DNA from: Fimicolochytrium jonesii
Lineage: Eukaryota
Direction: 5' to 3'
Assembly: GCF_025526975.1 (NCBI RefSeq)
Contig: NW_026515668.1
Coordinates: 558,001 to 622,000 of the forward strand
DNA: 64,000 nucleotides
Each line of letters opens with the position of its first letter. Position 1 is the first letter of the stretch. The notes under the pieces were generated by a model. The model was not told the DNA's origin, did not search any database, and saw only the letters and a program-made list of their open reading frames with translations. This document shows, piece after piece, positions 50,309 through 62,121 of the stretch. The position numbers and the translations under genes were made by a program.

Positions 50309-52623
50309 CGCGCTAAGGTCTTGCTGAACAGTGACAACTTTCCACAATCTGCAAGCGTCTAATGAGCGAGATGAAGGTTGAGGGTCGGCTTTTCGAAGCT
50401 TCGTTTTAACTGTGTTTCCGGGAACACGCGAACAGTCAAGTGCGAACGTTCTCTGGGGAATCAAACGGTAAGTAGGTGGAACGGCCAGAGCCAAAACGTT
50501 CACGTCCCATTTCCCCAAAAAGAGTGCCATACTGGGTAGATTGCACCAAACGGTGTTGATAGACACAGTCTTGCTAACCCGTCGCTCCTGGACAGGCGTG
50601 GAGTAGCTTAATATATGGTGACCGCTGTTCGAATGCCGGTAGCCGTCCTTCGCTGACAAATGCACGTCGTCGGCGCTGCGTAGCGATGCATTCAAATAGG
50701 ATGGGGAGTGTGTTGTGAGGGCCACCGCTGTTGTCGGTCCAAAAAACGAGAAGATATTGCTCAATGCAGATTGGAGTTTGCTTGTGGGAGTATGGTGGTC
50801 TGGACAAAGAAGAATGGGAAAGAGTCCTGTGAGAAAACCTGAAGGGACCGCGTTTGGCAGTGACGAATGACGACAGCGTCCCCAGCACCAGCACAGGGCA
50901 GTCGTGCCGTCTGCCACTGGTTGTCGTCTTGCATATGGCAACGGCCAGGGATGGACAACTTCACAAACGCAATGCACAACTCGACCAAGGTGACTGCATC
51001 TGCACAGGACCACCATTTCGCGGGCTCTTTCAAAGGTGGGTGCGCTTACCGTCGACTACCGACTGCGGCGCTTGAAGGAGCGGGAAACTCCGTTACGGAC
51101 GCACGGTCCCTATGATGTGTGATACTACTGGAGAGCGGAGAAGTGGAGACGGAGGTCGAGTAAGGGGCGGGGAGACCTTTCTTGGTTGTTTGGCACGGTA
51201 TCTATTCCAGACCGAGAGGCTAAAGCGACCTATTCCAGTCTTGCGTCGAGGAAAAAGGAGAACGATGACTGTCTCCCTTTGTTTGTCGCTGATGTGCGCC
51301 GAGACCGGGGAAGACAGAAAACCAGGACAGTTAGATATCTGACCGGTACAAGAATTCCCGAGCCGATATACAGTACGCAGACGCTCGTCATGTACAGTAC
51401 TGTACTGTCCAGTATAGTATGTATTTTCTTCCGGAAAATGCCTCCTGTCACGGATATTGTCGTATCGCCACGTTCCTTCAAACTTCCACTTGTCCTTGTC
51501 AAAAGGGGCATGACGCAATATCGGCATGGTGTTTCGGGCATGATCGCCACGGGCGCCTAATTAGGAGGCGCCATCCAAGTTCCCGGCTTTAGGTTCCAAC
51601 TTTCCCATTTTAATGACAGCCATCCGAAATCCCGCGGCCGCTGTCAGTCTCGACTCGATTGTCAGACTGGACTTGATCATTCAGGATTATTATAATCCAG
51701 AAAGCCATATCGGCCAGACTGGCATCGGTGTTGGAAAGGTTCCGGCGGCAGTGTGGTAGATCGTTCTCACGGTATCAGGCAAATCATTCTGAAGGGTTTG
51801 AATCAATGGGGGGAGGTCGGCATTGGCCGCGGCGCCAACTGTGACGGCATGCCAAATCCAAAGAGTGGGTTTGCATTGAAAGGCCATGACTTTTTGTTGA
51901 TTCTCTTGAGACGTGAGGGAGACAATAATGGGCTTTTAGCGAAGGGATAAGCAGGTCCAAGCTATTAGATCCTCTATATACTGTATATATAGAGTGTGAA
52001 CCCGTCCATACAGCGCGATGGCCTCAAGAGGACGGGATGACACATTGCTTTCAAGATCGAGTTGAGTCGAGGATGATTATACTCCGACGCCGAGATGCAC
52101 ATCATCCACTTATCTGAGGATGCGGGACAAGGCCAAGGTATGGCGGCAACGAAGGCTGGTGCGGATAGAGGAGTGTATCGAGGCTTTGAAATGCAGGAAC
52201 CACATCACAGGAGACGGCATTTGGGGAATCGAGACTGGAGGGACGGTCGGCAGGGACGCCAAGCGCATCAAATGCGAAAAGCATTACTACAAGCTTCCAC
52301 TGGAACCGCTAGTTGCACGTTCCCGCTGCGTTCGCTTACTGCCGTCGCCGCTGCTCGACGTCGATCCGACTGAGAGAGGATTCGGCTCTCACTGTACACG
52401 TTTGAAAACGATCGTTCGGATGCAGAGATACGAACCTTTCCCATTTGGGGAGCGATGTTCGAGATCTGGTGGAGAGAAGGTTGGCTTGTATCTGCTTGAA
52501 CCCGTTGCACATGTTTGCAGTGGGTTCATTGGCCCTACACCGATTCATTAGCACTCGAATCAATGCATCGCCAAACAATTTTGTACTAATAGATCTCAAA
52601 TGGCAAATGGGAAACGTTCTTAT

Positions 52624-52725
52624 TGCGGAAGGAAACACCAAACGAGATTACGAACTACCAACTTATAAGAAGAGTGCGGAAGGAAACACCAAACGAAATT
52701 ACGAACTACCAACTTATAAGAAGAG
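52624..52725. repeat. Tandem duplication, 51 bp x2 (one mismatch)
   Basis: tgcggaaggaaacaccaaacga[g/a]attacgaactaccaacttataagaagag occurs twice, downstream of the vWA receptor stop codon. Confidence 0.95.
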
Positions 52726-52824
52726 AACGCAATCAGCGTGGTAAGAGTAGCAGACTACATGCTACAATAAAAGTCAACGAGCTCCTTGAGCTATAACTAT
52801 GACTGAAGGGAAATGACAATGATC

Positions 52825-55800
52825 CTACACCGTCGTCGATACCCGGGGTTGGTACAGAGGGTTCTCGTGGGCCTGGTGAGGCTGCTGGTAGAGCGGGTTG
52901 CTCTGAGCATTGCTGAACGCGTTCTGGGCCATGGTAGCGTTCCCGAACCGGCCAGCGAAGGTGCCCGACTTGTAGAAGAACATACCGGCACCGCCGATAG
53001 CAGCGATACCAGCAGCGCTAGCCGCAGCGACACCCACGTAGGTTCCGGTGCTGCCGCCTCCGGTGGGACCGGTGCTCTCAGTGGCAGTAGGAGCTGCAGA
53101 GCTGCTTGAGCTGCCCGGGACGTCAGAGGTTGGGGTGGGTTCAGCGGAGGTGGTAGGAGTAGCGATCGGGGTGGGAGTTGGCTGAGCAGCGGCCTCGGTG
53201 CTGCTAACGGACACCGTGGTGCTCTCACTGGTCGAGGTCGAGGTCGAACCTGCGGTTGTGGAGGTCTCACTGGTCGAAGTGAGGATTTCACTACTGGTCG
53301 AGGTAGAGGTAACTTCCTCGGTGGAGGTCGATGTCTCCGTCGAAGACACACTGGTAGACGTGGAAGTAGGCTCCTCAGAGGTAGACGATTGAGTGGAGCT
53401 CGTGGTCGGCTCAACGGAAGAGGAGGTGGTTGTAGGTTCAGCCGAGCTCGTGGACGATTCCGCAGTCGAGCTAGTGGTCGGCTCTTCAATGGACGAGGTC
53501 GTTGTCTCGGTCGAAGACACACTGGTAGACGTGGAAATAGGCTCCTCAGAGGTAGACGATTGAATGGAGCTCGTGGTCGGCTCAACGGAAGAGGAGGTGG
53601 TTGTAGGTTCAGCCGAGCTCGTGGACGATTCCGTAGTCGAGCTGGTGGTCGGCTCTTCAATGGACGAGGTCGATGTCTCGGTCGAAGACACACTGGTAGA
53701 CGTGGAAATAGGCTCCTCAGAGGTAGACGATTGAATGGAGCTCGTGGTCGGCTCAACGGAAGAGGAGGTGGTTGTAGGTTCAGGCGAGCTCGTGGACGAT
53801 TCCGCAGTCGAGCTGGTGGTCGGCTCTTCAATGGACGAGGTAGAGGACTCGGTCGAGCTGGTAGACGGCTCCTCCGTCGAACTGGTAGATGCCGCTTCAA
53901 TCGAGCTTGTAGACGGCTCCTCGGTTGAACTGGGGGTGGGCTCCTGGTACTCAGGTTCCTCGGTGGAGCTCGTGGCCGCCTCCTCGGTCGAGCTGGTGGT
54001 AGGCTCCGCGGTCGAGCTGGTGGTAAGCTCCTCGGTCGAGCTGATGGTAGGCTCCTCGGTCGAGCTGGTAGACGGCTCCTCCGTCGAGCTGGTGGACGCC
54101 TCCTCAGTGGAGCTGGAGATTGGCTCCTCGGTCGAGCTGGTGGTAGGCTCCGCGGTCGAGCTGATGGTAGGCTCCTCGGTCGAGCTGATGGTAGGCTCCT
54201 CGGTCGAGCTGGTGGACGCCTCCTCAGTGGAGCTGGAGATTGGCTCTTCAGAAGAGGTAGACGTCGGCTCTTCAATGGAGGTTGGTTCCTCAGTCGAGCT
54301 AACGGTAGACTCCTCGGTCGAGGTAGAGCTTGGCTCCTCAGTGGAGCTGACAACCGGCTCGACAGTGGAGGTGCTAGTTGGCTCCTCGGTGGAAGTGGAG
54401 GTCGATTCTTCGGTGGAGGTGCTAGTTGGCTCCTCGGTGGATGCGAACTCTTCAATGGAAGTAGAAGATGGCTCCTCCGTGGAGGTTAACTCTTCCGTGG
54501 AAGTCGAGGTTGGCTGTTCGGTGGAAGTCAACTCTTCGGTAGAGGTTGGCTCTTCCGAGGAGGTGGCGGTGGACTCCGCAATGGAAGTGGAAGTCGGCTC
54601 CTCACTGGACGTGGACTCCGTCGAGGTCGGCTCAGCGCTAGATGTGGACTCCTCCGTAGAAGTAGGCTCGGCGCTAGACGTGGACTCTTCGGTGGAGATA
54701 GGCTCCTCAGATGTCGAGCTAGTGGAAACTTCAATCAAGCTTGGAGTCGGTTCCTCAGAGGTCGAGGTAGATGTGGGCTCGTCGGAAGTGGTCTCGACAG
54801 AAGTGGAGGAGGTGGTTGGCTCCTCAATAGACGAGGTAGAGCTGGTTGTGGGCTCCTCCGAGGAAGACGCAGTGGGCTCCTCCGACGTGGTCTCGACGGA
54901 AGTGGAGGAGGTGGTTGGCTCCTCAATAGACGAGGTAGAGCTGGTTGTGGGCTCCTCCGAGGAAGACGTAGTGGGCTCCTCCGACGTGGTCTCGACGGAA
55001 GTGGAGGACGGCTCCTCAATAGACGAGGTAGAGCTGGTTGTGGGCTCCTCCGAGGAAGCCGAGGTAGAAGACGTAGTGGGCTCCTCCGACGTGGTCTCGA
55101 CGGAAGTGGAGGACGTGGTTGGCTCCTCAATAGACGAGGTAGAGCTCGTTGTGGGCTCCTCCGAGGACGTGGAGGTAGACGAGGTAGTGGGCTCCTCAGT
55201 GGAGGACGTCGACGGTGTTGCGGGCTCCTCCGATGAGGTAGAGGTGGACGACGGCTCCTCCGATGAGGTGAACGTGGAAGACGTTATGGGCTCTTCAGTT
55301 GAGGACGTCGAAGTGGTAGTAGACTCCTCAGAAGACGAGGTAGAGCTTGTGGTGGGCTCAGCGGACGACGTCGTGCTTGTAGAGCTTGTAGTGGGCTCGG
55401 CGGACGACGTCGTGCTTGTAGAGCTTGTAGTGGGCTCGGCGGACGACGTCGTGCTTGTAGAGCTTGTAGTGGGCTCGGCGGACGACGTCGTGCTTGTAGA
55501 GCTTGTAGTGGGCTCGGCGGACGACGTCGTGCTTGTAGAGCTGGTCGTGGGCTCGGCGGACGATGTGGTGCTTGTAGAGCTGGTCGTGGGCTCGGCGGAC
55601 GATGTGGTGCTTGTAGAGCTTGTAGTGGGCTCGGCGGACGACGTGGTGCTTGTAGAGCTGGTCGTGGGCTGGGCGGACGATGTGGTGCTTGTAGAGCTGG
55701 TCGTGGGCTGGGCGGACGATGTGGTGCTTGTAGAGCTTGTAGTGGGCTCGGCGGACGACGTGGTGCTTGTAGAGCTGGTCGTGGGCTGGGCGGACGATGT

Positions 55801-57609
55801 GGTGCTTGTAGAGCTGGTCGTGGGCTGGGCGGACAATGTGGTGCTTGTAGAGCTGGTCGTGGGCTGGGCGGACGATGTGGTGCTTGTAGAGCTGGTCGTG
55901 GGCTGGGCGGACGATGTGGTGCTTGTAGAGCTGGTCGTGGGCTGGGCGGACGATGTGGTGCTTGTAGAGCTGGTCGTGGGCTGGGCGGACGATGTGGTGC
56001 TTGTAGAGCTGGTCGTGGGCATGGCGGATGATGTGGTGCTTGTAGAGGTTGTAGTGGGCGCGGCGGACGACGTCGTGCTTGTAGAGCTTGTACGGGCGGC
56101 GGACGAAGTAGTGCTTGTAGATGTAGAAGTGCTCGTGGACTTAGACGTAGAGGTTGACGATGTAGACGACGTCGTGCTGGTTGTGCTCGTGCGGGTCGAT
56201 ACACTAGTGGAGGACGACGTAGTACTGGTGCTGGTCGAGGTCGAGGTCGAGGTTGACGAAGTAGAGGACGTAGACGTAGATGTGCTCGTCTTGATCGGGG
56301 TGGGACTAGGAGTAGGAGTCGGGATGACCGACACAACCGGGGGGCAGTATTCAACCATGTCAACGGTGGCTTGGAAGAAACTGTCAATGGCCTGAAGACC
56401 TCTGACCGGGTCGATCAAGTCCTGAATCGGGTATAATCGCATCATTCCGTTGCCCGCCAAGACTTGAGCTTGCAGAGAGTATCGGAACCCGTTGTTGACC
56501 AGGTTGTTATACGTCTTCTGCTGATCGAAGTTGCTGTAGTTGGCGCTCTGGCTAGCGGACTCTGGGCTTCCGAACTGCAGGATGGACGTGTGCGAGTTCG
56601 TGTTGTCGATGTCAGAGTAGGTTGCGGCAGTCTTGTGTGTGGCATTCCAGTACAGCGAAGCTCGATTGTACGAGGAGATCGGGTTAGCGGCGTTCGCATT
56701 GATGTCGGAGCGCATCAACATGTTTAGTTGAATGCCGCCTTTGATGATGAGACCGGCGACGAGATCAACCTCAGCTTGGTATGCGGCATCCAGAACAACT
56801 CGGTCCTTGGTCGCACGAACGTACTGAGCGTAATCGCCGGTAATACCACCAGATACGGGGTATGAGGTCCAGAACATCCTATTGTCAAATGTGGGCTCAA
56901 TCGTCAAAGATGAGCAGGCGTAAGAAGTCTGACCGGTGGAGGAGACCAGCTTGTAGTAGTAACTCGCGCAGAGGGCATTTGCCGTGGTCTGGCCAGACAA
57001 GCGATAGCTAGCTTGAGTGGGAAGGTCGGAGTCTTCATCGGTGGCCAAGATGATTGAGCGAGTTGCATTGGCGCGCCACAATAACGAGCATTGAGCGCTG
57101 GTATAACCGGTTCCGCAAGCCTTGCCGAGCAGCGGGTCATTGACTAAGGACATCCGAAGAGTCTCGAATGCAGCCTCTTGACCACCCTTGGTGCAGCCAG
57201 TAGCGTCGAGAACATTTTGAGTGGCAGCCGAATCGGACTACGATTGGAAGAATGGTACATCAGTGATTTGTGACTCGATAACCTTTCTACGAGGCTAACT
57301 TACCGTGAAAGGCTGCACAATAACGGGGTTTCCGCCGTATAGAACGATACCAAAGCGAGCGTCCGTGGTGTTGGCGGCCTTCAACCGCGCAACGAAGGTC
57401 GCCATACGCTTGGTAATGACATCGATGTAAGGGCACATAGAACCACTAGCATCAATGACAAACAGGAAATCGGTCGCCCCGTAGCGCGAAACGGGACGGG
57501 TGGTGCAGTTCTGACCAGTTGTTGTTGCAGCCTGAGAGGCGGGGACCGTCAAGCAGGCTGCTGCGACCAAGGCTGCTTTCGTCCAGCCCATTGCGAATGG
57601 AGAACGCAT
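52825..57609 (-). CDS. Type I membrane vWA adhesion-receptor-like protein with Ser/Thr/Glu stalk and double-NPxY cytoplasmic tail (integrin-beta/Sib-like); intron 57303-57238
   Basis: Signal peptide MGWTKAALVAAACLTVPASQA. MIDAS motif DFLFVIDASGSM, then QEAAFETLR and LWRANATRSIILATDEDSD. Stalk of about 1100 aa. TM YVGVAAASAAGIAAIGGAGMFFY. Tail ...SNPLYQQPHQAHENPLYQPRVSTTV*. Confidence 0.85.
53330..53840 (-). repeat. Coding tandem repeat, 171 bp (57 aa) x3
   Basis: cgaagacacactggtagacgtggaa recurs at 53341, 53512 and 53683. Confidence 0.9.
55340..56100 (-). repeat. Coding minisatellite, 39 bp (13 aa, SSTSTTSSA[Q/E]PTT), roughly 19-20 copies
   Basis: gtgcttgtagagctggtcgtgggctgggcggacgatgtg and variants are repeated head to tail. 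Confidence 0.92.
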
Positions 57610-57791
57610 GTTTTTGAAGGGTATAGATGGTATCTGTTGGTGAAGGTGCGGGTTGTGGTGATTGAGCCGATTTGTAGAGAGGGGGTATAAGTCCTCGCTA
57701 CTCTTCGGTAGGCAAGCTTGTCACAGTAGCGTATGAACGTAAAGGAACTAGAGAGGAAGGCCAACAGCACGAGGGCGGCAGGGAACAAGGC

Positions 57792-57798
57792 TTATATA
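57792..57798 (-). promoter_or_regulatory. Putative TATA box (TATATAA) of the vWA receptor gene
   Basis: TATATAAG on the minus strand about 180 bp upstream of the ATG; motif match only. Confidence 0.4.
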
Positions 57799-58450
57799 TT
57801 GTGGACTATCCTCACGACGCCCTTTTTTTCGGTAAACAATGCCTCCATTAACAAACCTATATCGAGGTCATTAGCCACAGGCGATAAGGTAAACCTTGGA
57901 CGAACGCTCAAAAACTTGCCCATTTTAGGTTGATGGCCTATTTTTGGACTCTTTCTGGCTTGCGACGGGGTTATTTATGTCAGCATTCCGACAGCGCGTA
58001 AATGACACTTCGACAGCTTTCAACAAGTAACCCCGTGCCATCAGAGATTCCGATCCCTCGTGACCTGGTTCCAATGCTCACCATCCAGGAATCCGGCAAG
58101 GTCGCCTGCCTGGCAGTAGGTCAAAATTGTTCGCTATACATTGTTGCGAATGCGTGTACAGGCCTTAAACGGCCTAGCTTTCTAGATAGAACTGCCCATG
58201 ATTGAAGATATTGAAAGCATCGGAGGCACGCTTTTCCATCATTCACACACGACGGGAGCGCGAACATAATTTCGAGGATGATGTGTTATAATATATAAAT
58301 GATGTAAAAGAATGATGTGAAATTGATGGCGCGGGGGAAACTTCCTATGTACGCCAGATACTCCGAGCGAATACGCCAATGATAAAGTGAGAGAGTGATT
58401 CGCAATTATGGGAGATCGTCAGTTGGGGCGATTCGGGAGTTCAGCTCCGT

Positions 58451-60306
58451 TCAAGCGCCGAATTTGTCGAATCGCTGGAATCTTGTGTTATAGAACGACT
58501 GGCCGGCTACCGTCCCATCTGGCAGTCGGATAACGCCCGATAACACGTACCAGGTGCCCGATTCATCACCATTTGACTAAGGAGGAAAATGACGAGGGAA
58601 AGGTTGTTAACGTGGACAGCCTGATACGCACAAACAGCGGAGAAAAAACTCACGTCTGATGGCCTGTTTCCCAACCAGCTTCCGACCTTGGCGCCGGTCT
58701 TGTCAAACACAATCAGGCGATTTTCTTGGCCGGGGGCGTAAACATAATCTCCAACCACTTGAAACTGGCCAAAGCCGACGTCGGCAGGGACCGGAATCTC
58801 AACGCCATCTAAAAGCTGCAGGGTGGCGAGGTTGATTTGCTTGAGTTTCCGAGCACCCCCAATTGTCGTCAGGACCCAGTTAGCACCTTTGTCGTCTTTC
58901 GTGAGGTATGCTGGGGAGCCGGTGACATTCACGAAGCCGAGGTATTTGCCGGTAAGAATGTCGAACTTGAAGATTCGTCCGGCTTGACAACTATTGCCTA
59001 GGAGCAACTGCTTGGCCTCTACGTGCATTAAACTGGCAAACGAGCACCAATTGCTGATGTCGGGGATGTCGTTCACGTTCACCTTTCCTTGGTTGCCAAA
59101 CATGGTGATCGGCTCGTTGTAGTAAGTGCGTTGTTCGAGATCGCCGTTCGAGAACAACGTGGTCACCACTCCATCATGGACAGTAAATCCGCTGATGCCG
59201 ATGTATTTGCTTTGCACATATCCATCGAAGATTTGCTCTGGTTCTGCCGCGCCGTAGGATGCGTATCGGGCCACCGTCTTTTCGTACGCCACGTAGACTT
59301 TTCCATCTTGCGCGACTAGACTGGAATCCGAGAAATCCTGGTCTACGGTGTTGACTGGCTTCCACATGTCGACGAACTTGAGGGTGTTGTTAACAGTGAA
59401 CTGCTGCGTTGCGATCTGGGCCGAGTCCCCGAATTCGGCACGAATCGTCACGGTATGGACGCCATTGCTCAGCTTGCCGGTGTTGATGGCAAACGCGGAT
59501 GTGAATGCGACCGGCGCTTGAGAGTCCACAAAGCCGACGAGGGACTGGGGGTCAGAGGAGAGAACCGGTTGGAATTCAATGACTCCCTCGACGTTCGTGG
59601 TGGGCTGGTCTGGTGTAAGAGCGAGAGCGAAGGTTTGGCCCGAGCTGGTGGGAGAGCAAAAGCAGGATTAGGCGAGCTAGACAGAAAAGAAAACATCGAC
59701 CATGCAATAGGGTGTGCTTACCCAGGGGTACTCGTCTGGGCCGGGGCAGTGCTCGTCGATGAAGGGGTGGGGGGTGCAGTGGCGGTGGGTGCGAGGACAG
59801 GGTAATCCACAGGGACGACATAGTTCTGCCAGGTGGTGAGCGAACTAGCCTTTCATCTTCCTTCCGCTTTCCCTTCTTCTTCCTACCTTTCCGTTGTTGT
59901 TATCCCAGAACGTTCCCTTACTTGAGTCGTACCGAACGGCGTACACGACGTTTGTGGGATGTAGACCGTCGGGAAGGACGACGGTCCATGCGAATTCCTT
60001 GGTGTCCTTGGCGAACCTTGCGTCTACATCAGCAACCGTCTTCCAGTTGTCGACGCTGAAGTGCACCTTCACTTTCCCATCCTGGATATCTGCCGCAGCA
60101 TCAAAGGTGTACACCCGCGCCTTGCCGGTGAAGTCGATTTGCTTGTTCGGATAATTGTCGATTGCCACGGCTGCTGGCGCGACGACTATGACGGGCTGAA
60201 GAGGAGTTGGATCGACGACGTCCCCGGGTTGGATGTTAGCGGTCGGAAGGGCGGAGATGAGCGTGGCGCACGCCGCAAGGCCAAAGGCGAGGAGGTTGGC
60301 GACCAT
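58451..60306 (-). CDS. Secreted protein: CBM21 starch-binding module, Pro/Thr linker, Ig-like domain and beta-propeller-like region (3 introns)
   Basis: Signal peptide MVANLLAFGLAACATLISA. CBM21: KVHFSVDNWKT...YAVRY...FWDNNNGK|NY. Ig-like: INTGKLSNGVHTVTIRA...FTVNN. Propeller-like: GRIFKFDILTGKYLG, NRLIVFDKTGAKVGSW, RFQRFDKFG*. Confidence 0.75.
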
Positions 60307-60375
60307 GTCGAGGGATGTAGAGCGGACTCGGCGGACTGGTTCGGGGCGAAAGGAACCGGATGGACATCCGGTCGC

Positions 60376-60383
60376 TTTTTATA
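60376..60383 (-). promoter_or_regulatory. Putative TATA box (TATAAAAA) of the CBM21 gene
   Basis: Consensus TATA box about 70 bp upstream of the ATG at 60306. Confidence 0.5.
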
Positions 60384-62121
60384 GCCCGGCGCTCACAGCC
60401 TGAGCGGCACCCTGCCCAGCAACTCGCAATCGATGTCGCAATCGATGAACCGCCTCGGCGATGCCACAACGTTCACCTGCGAATTCCTTGCGGCGGAGGG
60501 GTATTGAAGATGGCAAGATTGATCTTTCCTCGGATACAGAGACATCCCGGTCTTTTTTCTCATAAATCCTCCTTTGGAATCTTGCATGCTGGCATATTGT
60601 TGCTAGTGTTGATGCCCCATCCGTTGGTTGGCCAAAAACAACAACGGTAACGAGCCCGCTAGCGGCTGCAGCCGATGGTTATCTGCATCTCATACAACTC
60701 TTCAACTTTCTGATGTTTTCGGGAACCACCACCATGACCGTAGGACAAAATTATGTACATGCTGTGTGGATATCGATGGTGTACATACTGTACGAGGCCA
60801 AGTCCAGGCATCAGCGTCGGAGTGCATACAGCAATTTTTTTTTGGTTTCCTCGCCGGTCTACGAAACCGGAGTCTGAGAGCCGCATGTCCCACAGTCCCA
60901 GTGCCGTCGGCGGTGCAGTTGTGTAACCTTGTAATTAACATTGGCTCCCAGGGTGTATGGAAATGGAGGCCGGAACTTTTGTACCACGCGAACCGTTGAA
61001 CGAGGCTTGGTGTGAAAGGACGGTGGAATCTGGATAATCCTGCACACGGGTGGACAGACTTCTCTTGGATCCATTTTCGCAGAGACTGCACCGATATCAT
61101 GGCCAGGCGTAATCGTTCAATTCAGACTCGGTCTTGACTTTGAACACCCTATTTGTGATGTAAAGATAGGAGAAGTCCGTCAGCATTCTTCGACGTCTTC
61201 CAAATAATGCTGATAATGTGCACCTGCCCATGTGTCGTTCCACTCGTCATTCCTTCAAACCTGTTGACTGACGACTTGAAGACGTCGGAACTATTTGGTC
61301 GACTAACAGTCAGATCGCTAACGATAAACCACCACACCACATCACAGTAAACTTCAAACGCACAACACAGCGGGATAGTTACCTTAACGCTGCTCGATGC
61401 CGTGTTGGATATACGAAAGGACACTCGTTAAGACAGAGTACAAGCTCGCACTGATGTAAGTAGAAGCGATGTTCCCGACTGAGGGGGGGCCGACGGGGGT
61501 CGCCTTGTATACTCGCGGGCCTGCGCTCCTCCGGTGCACGGATTTCCATTGCGAATCGCGAGTGTCGTCCATGCCGCCGTTAGTGATGAAAATAAAGTTA
61601 GGAGCTTTGTGGCTCAATCAAGGCTTGATTAATGAATTCACCTTGAAAGCTTGAAATTGAGCTGCTGCACGCTGCATGCATGCAGGCGGGATGGGCTGAT
61701 CGGTCATTTTGGCGTCATTTATTCCATCCGCCCGCATCATTGCAATCGATCGCACCTCTCACCCACTCCCCCCGGGGCTTTGAGTCCGTGACATACGGAA
61801 CCTTGAGGCTTAAGGCTCATGCATAGTAGGTACTATGCGTAGGAGGTGTGATGACAGACGGGCTCGGTGTGAGTGAACCACTAGTGGGGCAGCGACACCT
61901 GCAGTTGTTGAATGTGAGAGGAATGATGTAGGCCAAGCGTCTCTTGATTCCCAGGGAAGAAACATGTTCCCAGGCAAGCGACACGTCTCTACATTTGACA
62001 TTGCAAGAATAGCCCTGTTACTGACGCAGCATGCATCTGAGAAGGGTTCTACATACATATCTATCGTGAAAGAGATTGCTAGAGTACTTGACGCCGTGGT
62101 TCTCGTCAAACAGGGGTACGC

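Noticed and set aside
51093..52641. Several 100-145 aa ORFs between ATF1 and the vWA receptor, plus short palindromes (51392-51405, ~51972-51994)
   Set aside because: No recognisable motifs, mutually overlapping frames, and palindromes too short to support an element.
55340..56100. Regular 39-bp repeats as a possible CRISPR array
   Set aside because: No unique spacers, the repeat is in-frame coding, the context is eukaryotic and there are no cas genes.
52797..56387. Long Arg/Pro-rich minus-strand ORFs (52797-54455, 55284-56387)
   Set aside because: Alternative frames of the same repeats, with no domain features.
53735..56395. 886-codon Val/Glu/Asp-rich + strand ORF
   Set aside because: Antisense shadow of the Ser/Thr repeat stalk; the repeats lack stops on the opposite strand.
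60600..61650. Possible small spliced minus-strand gene (intron-like GT...AG segments at ~61150-61385)
   Set aside because: No consistent ORF or homology is apparent by eye; RNA-seq would be needed.
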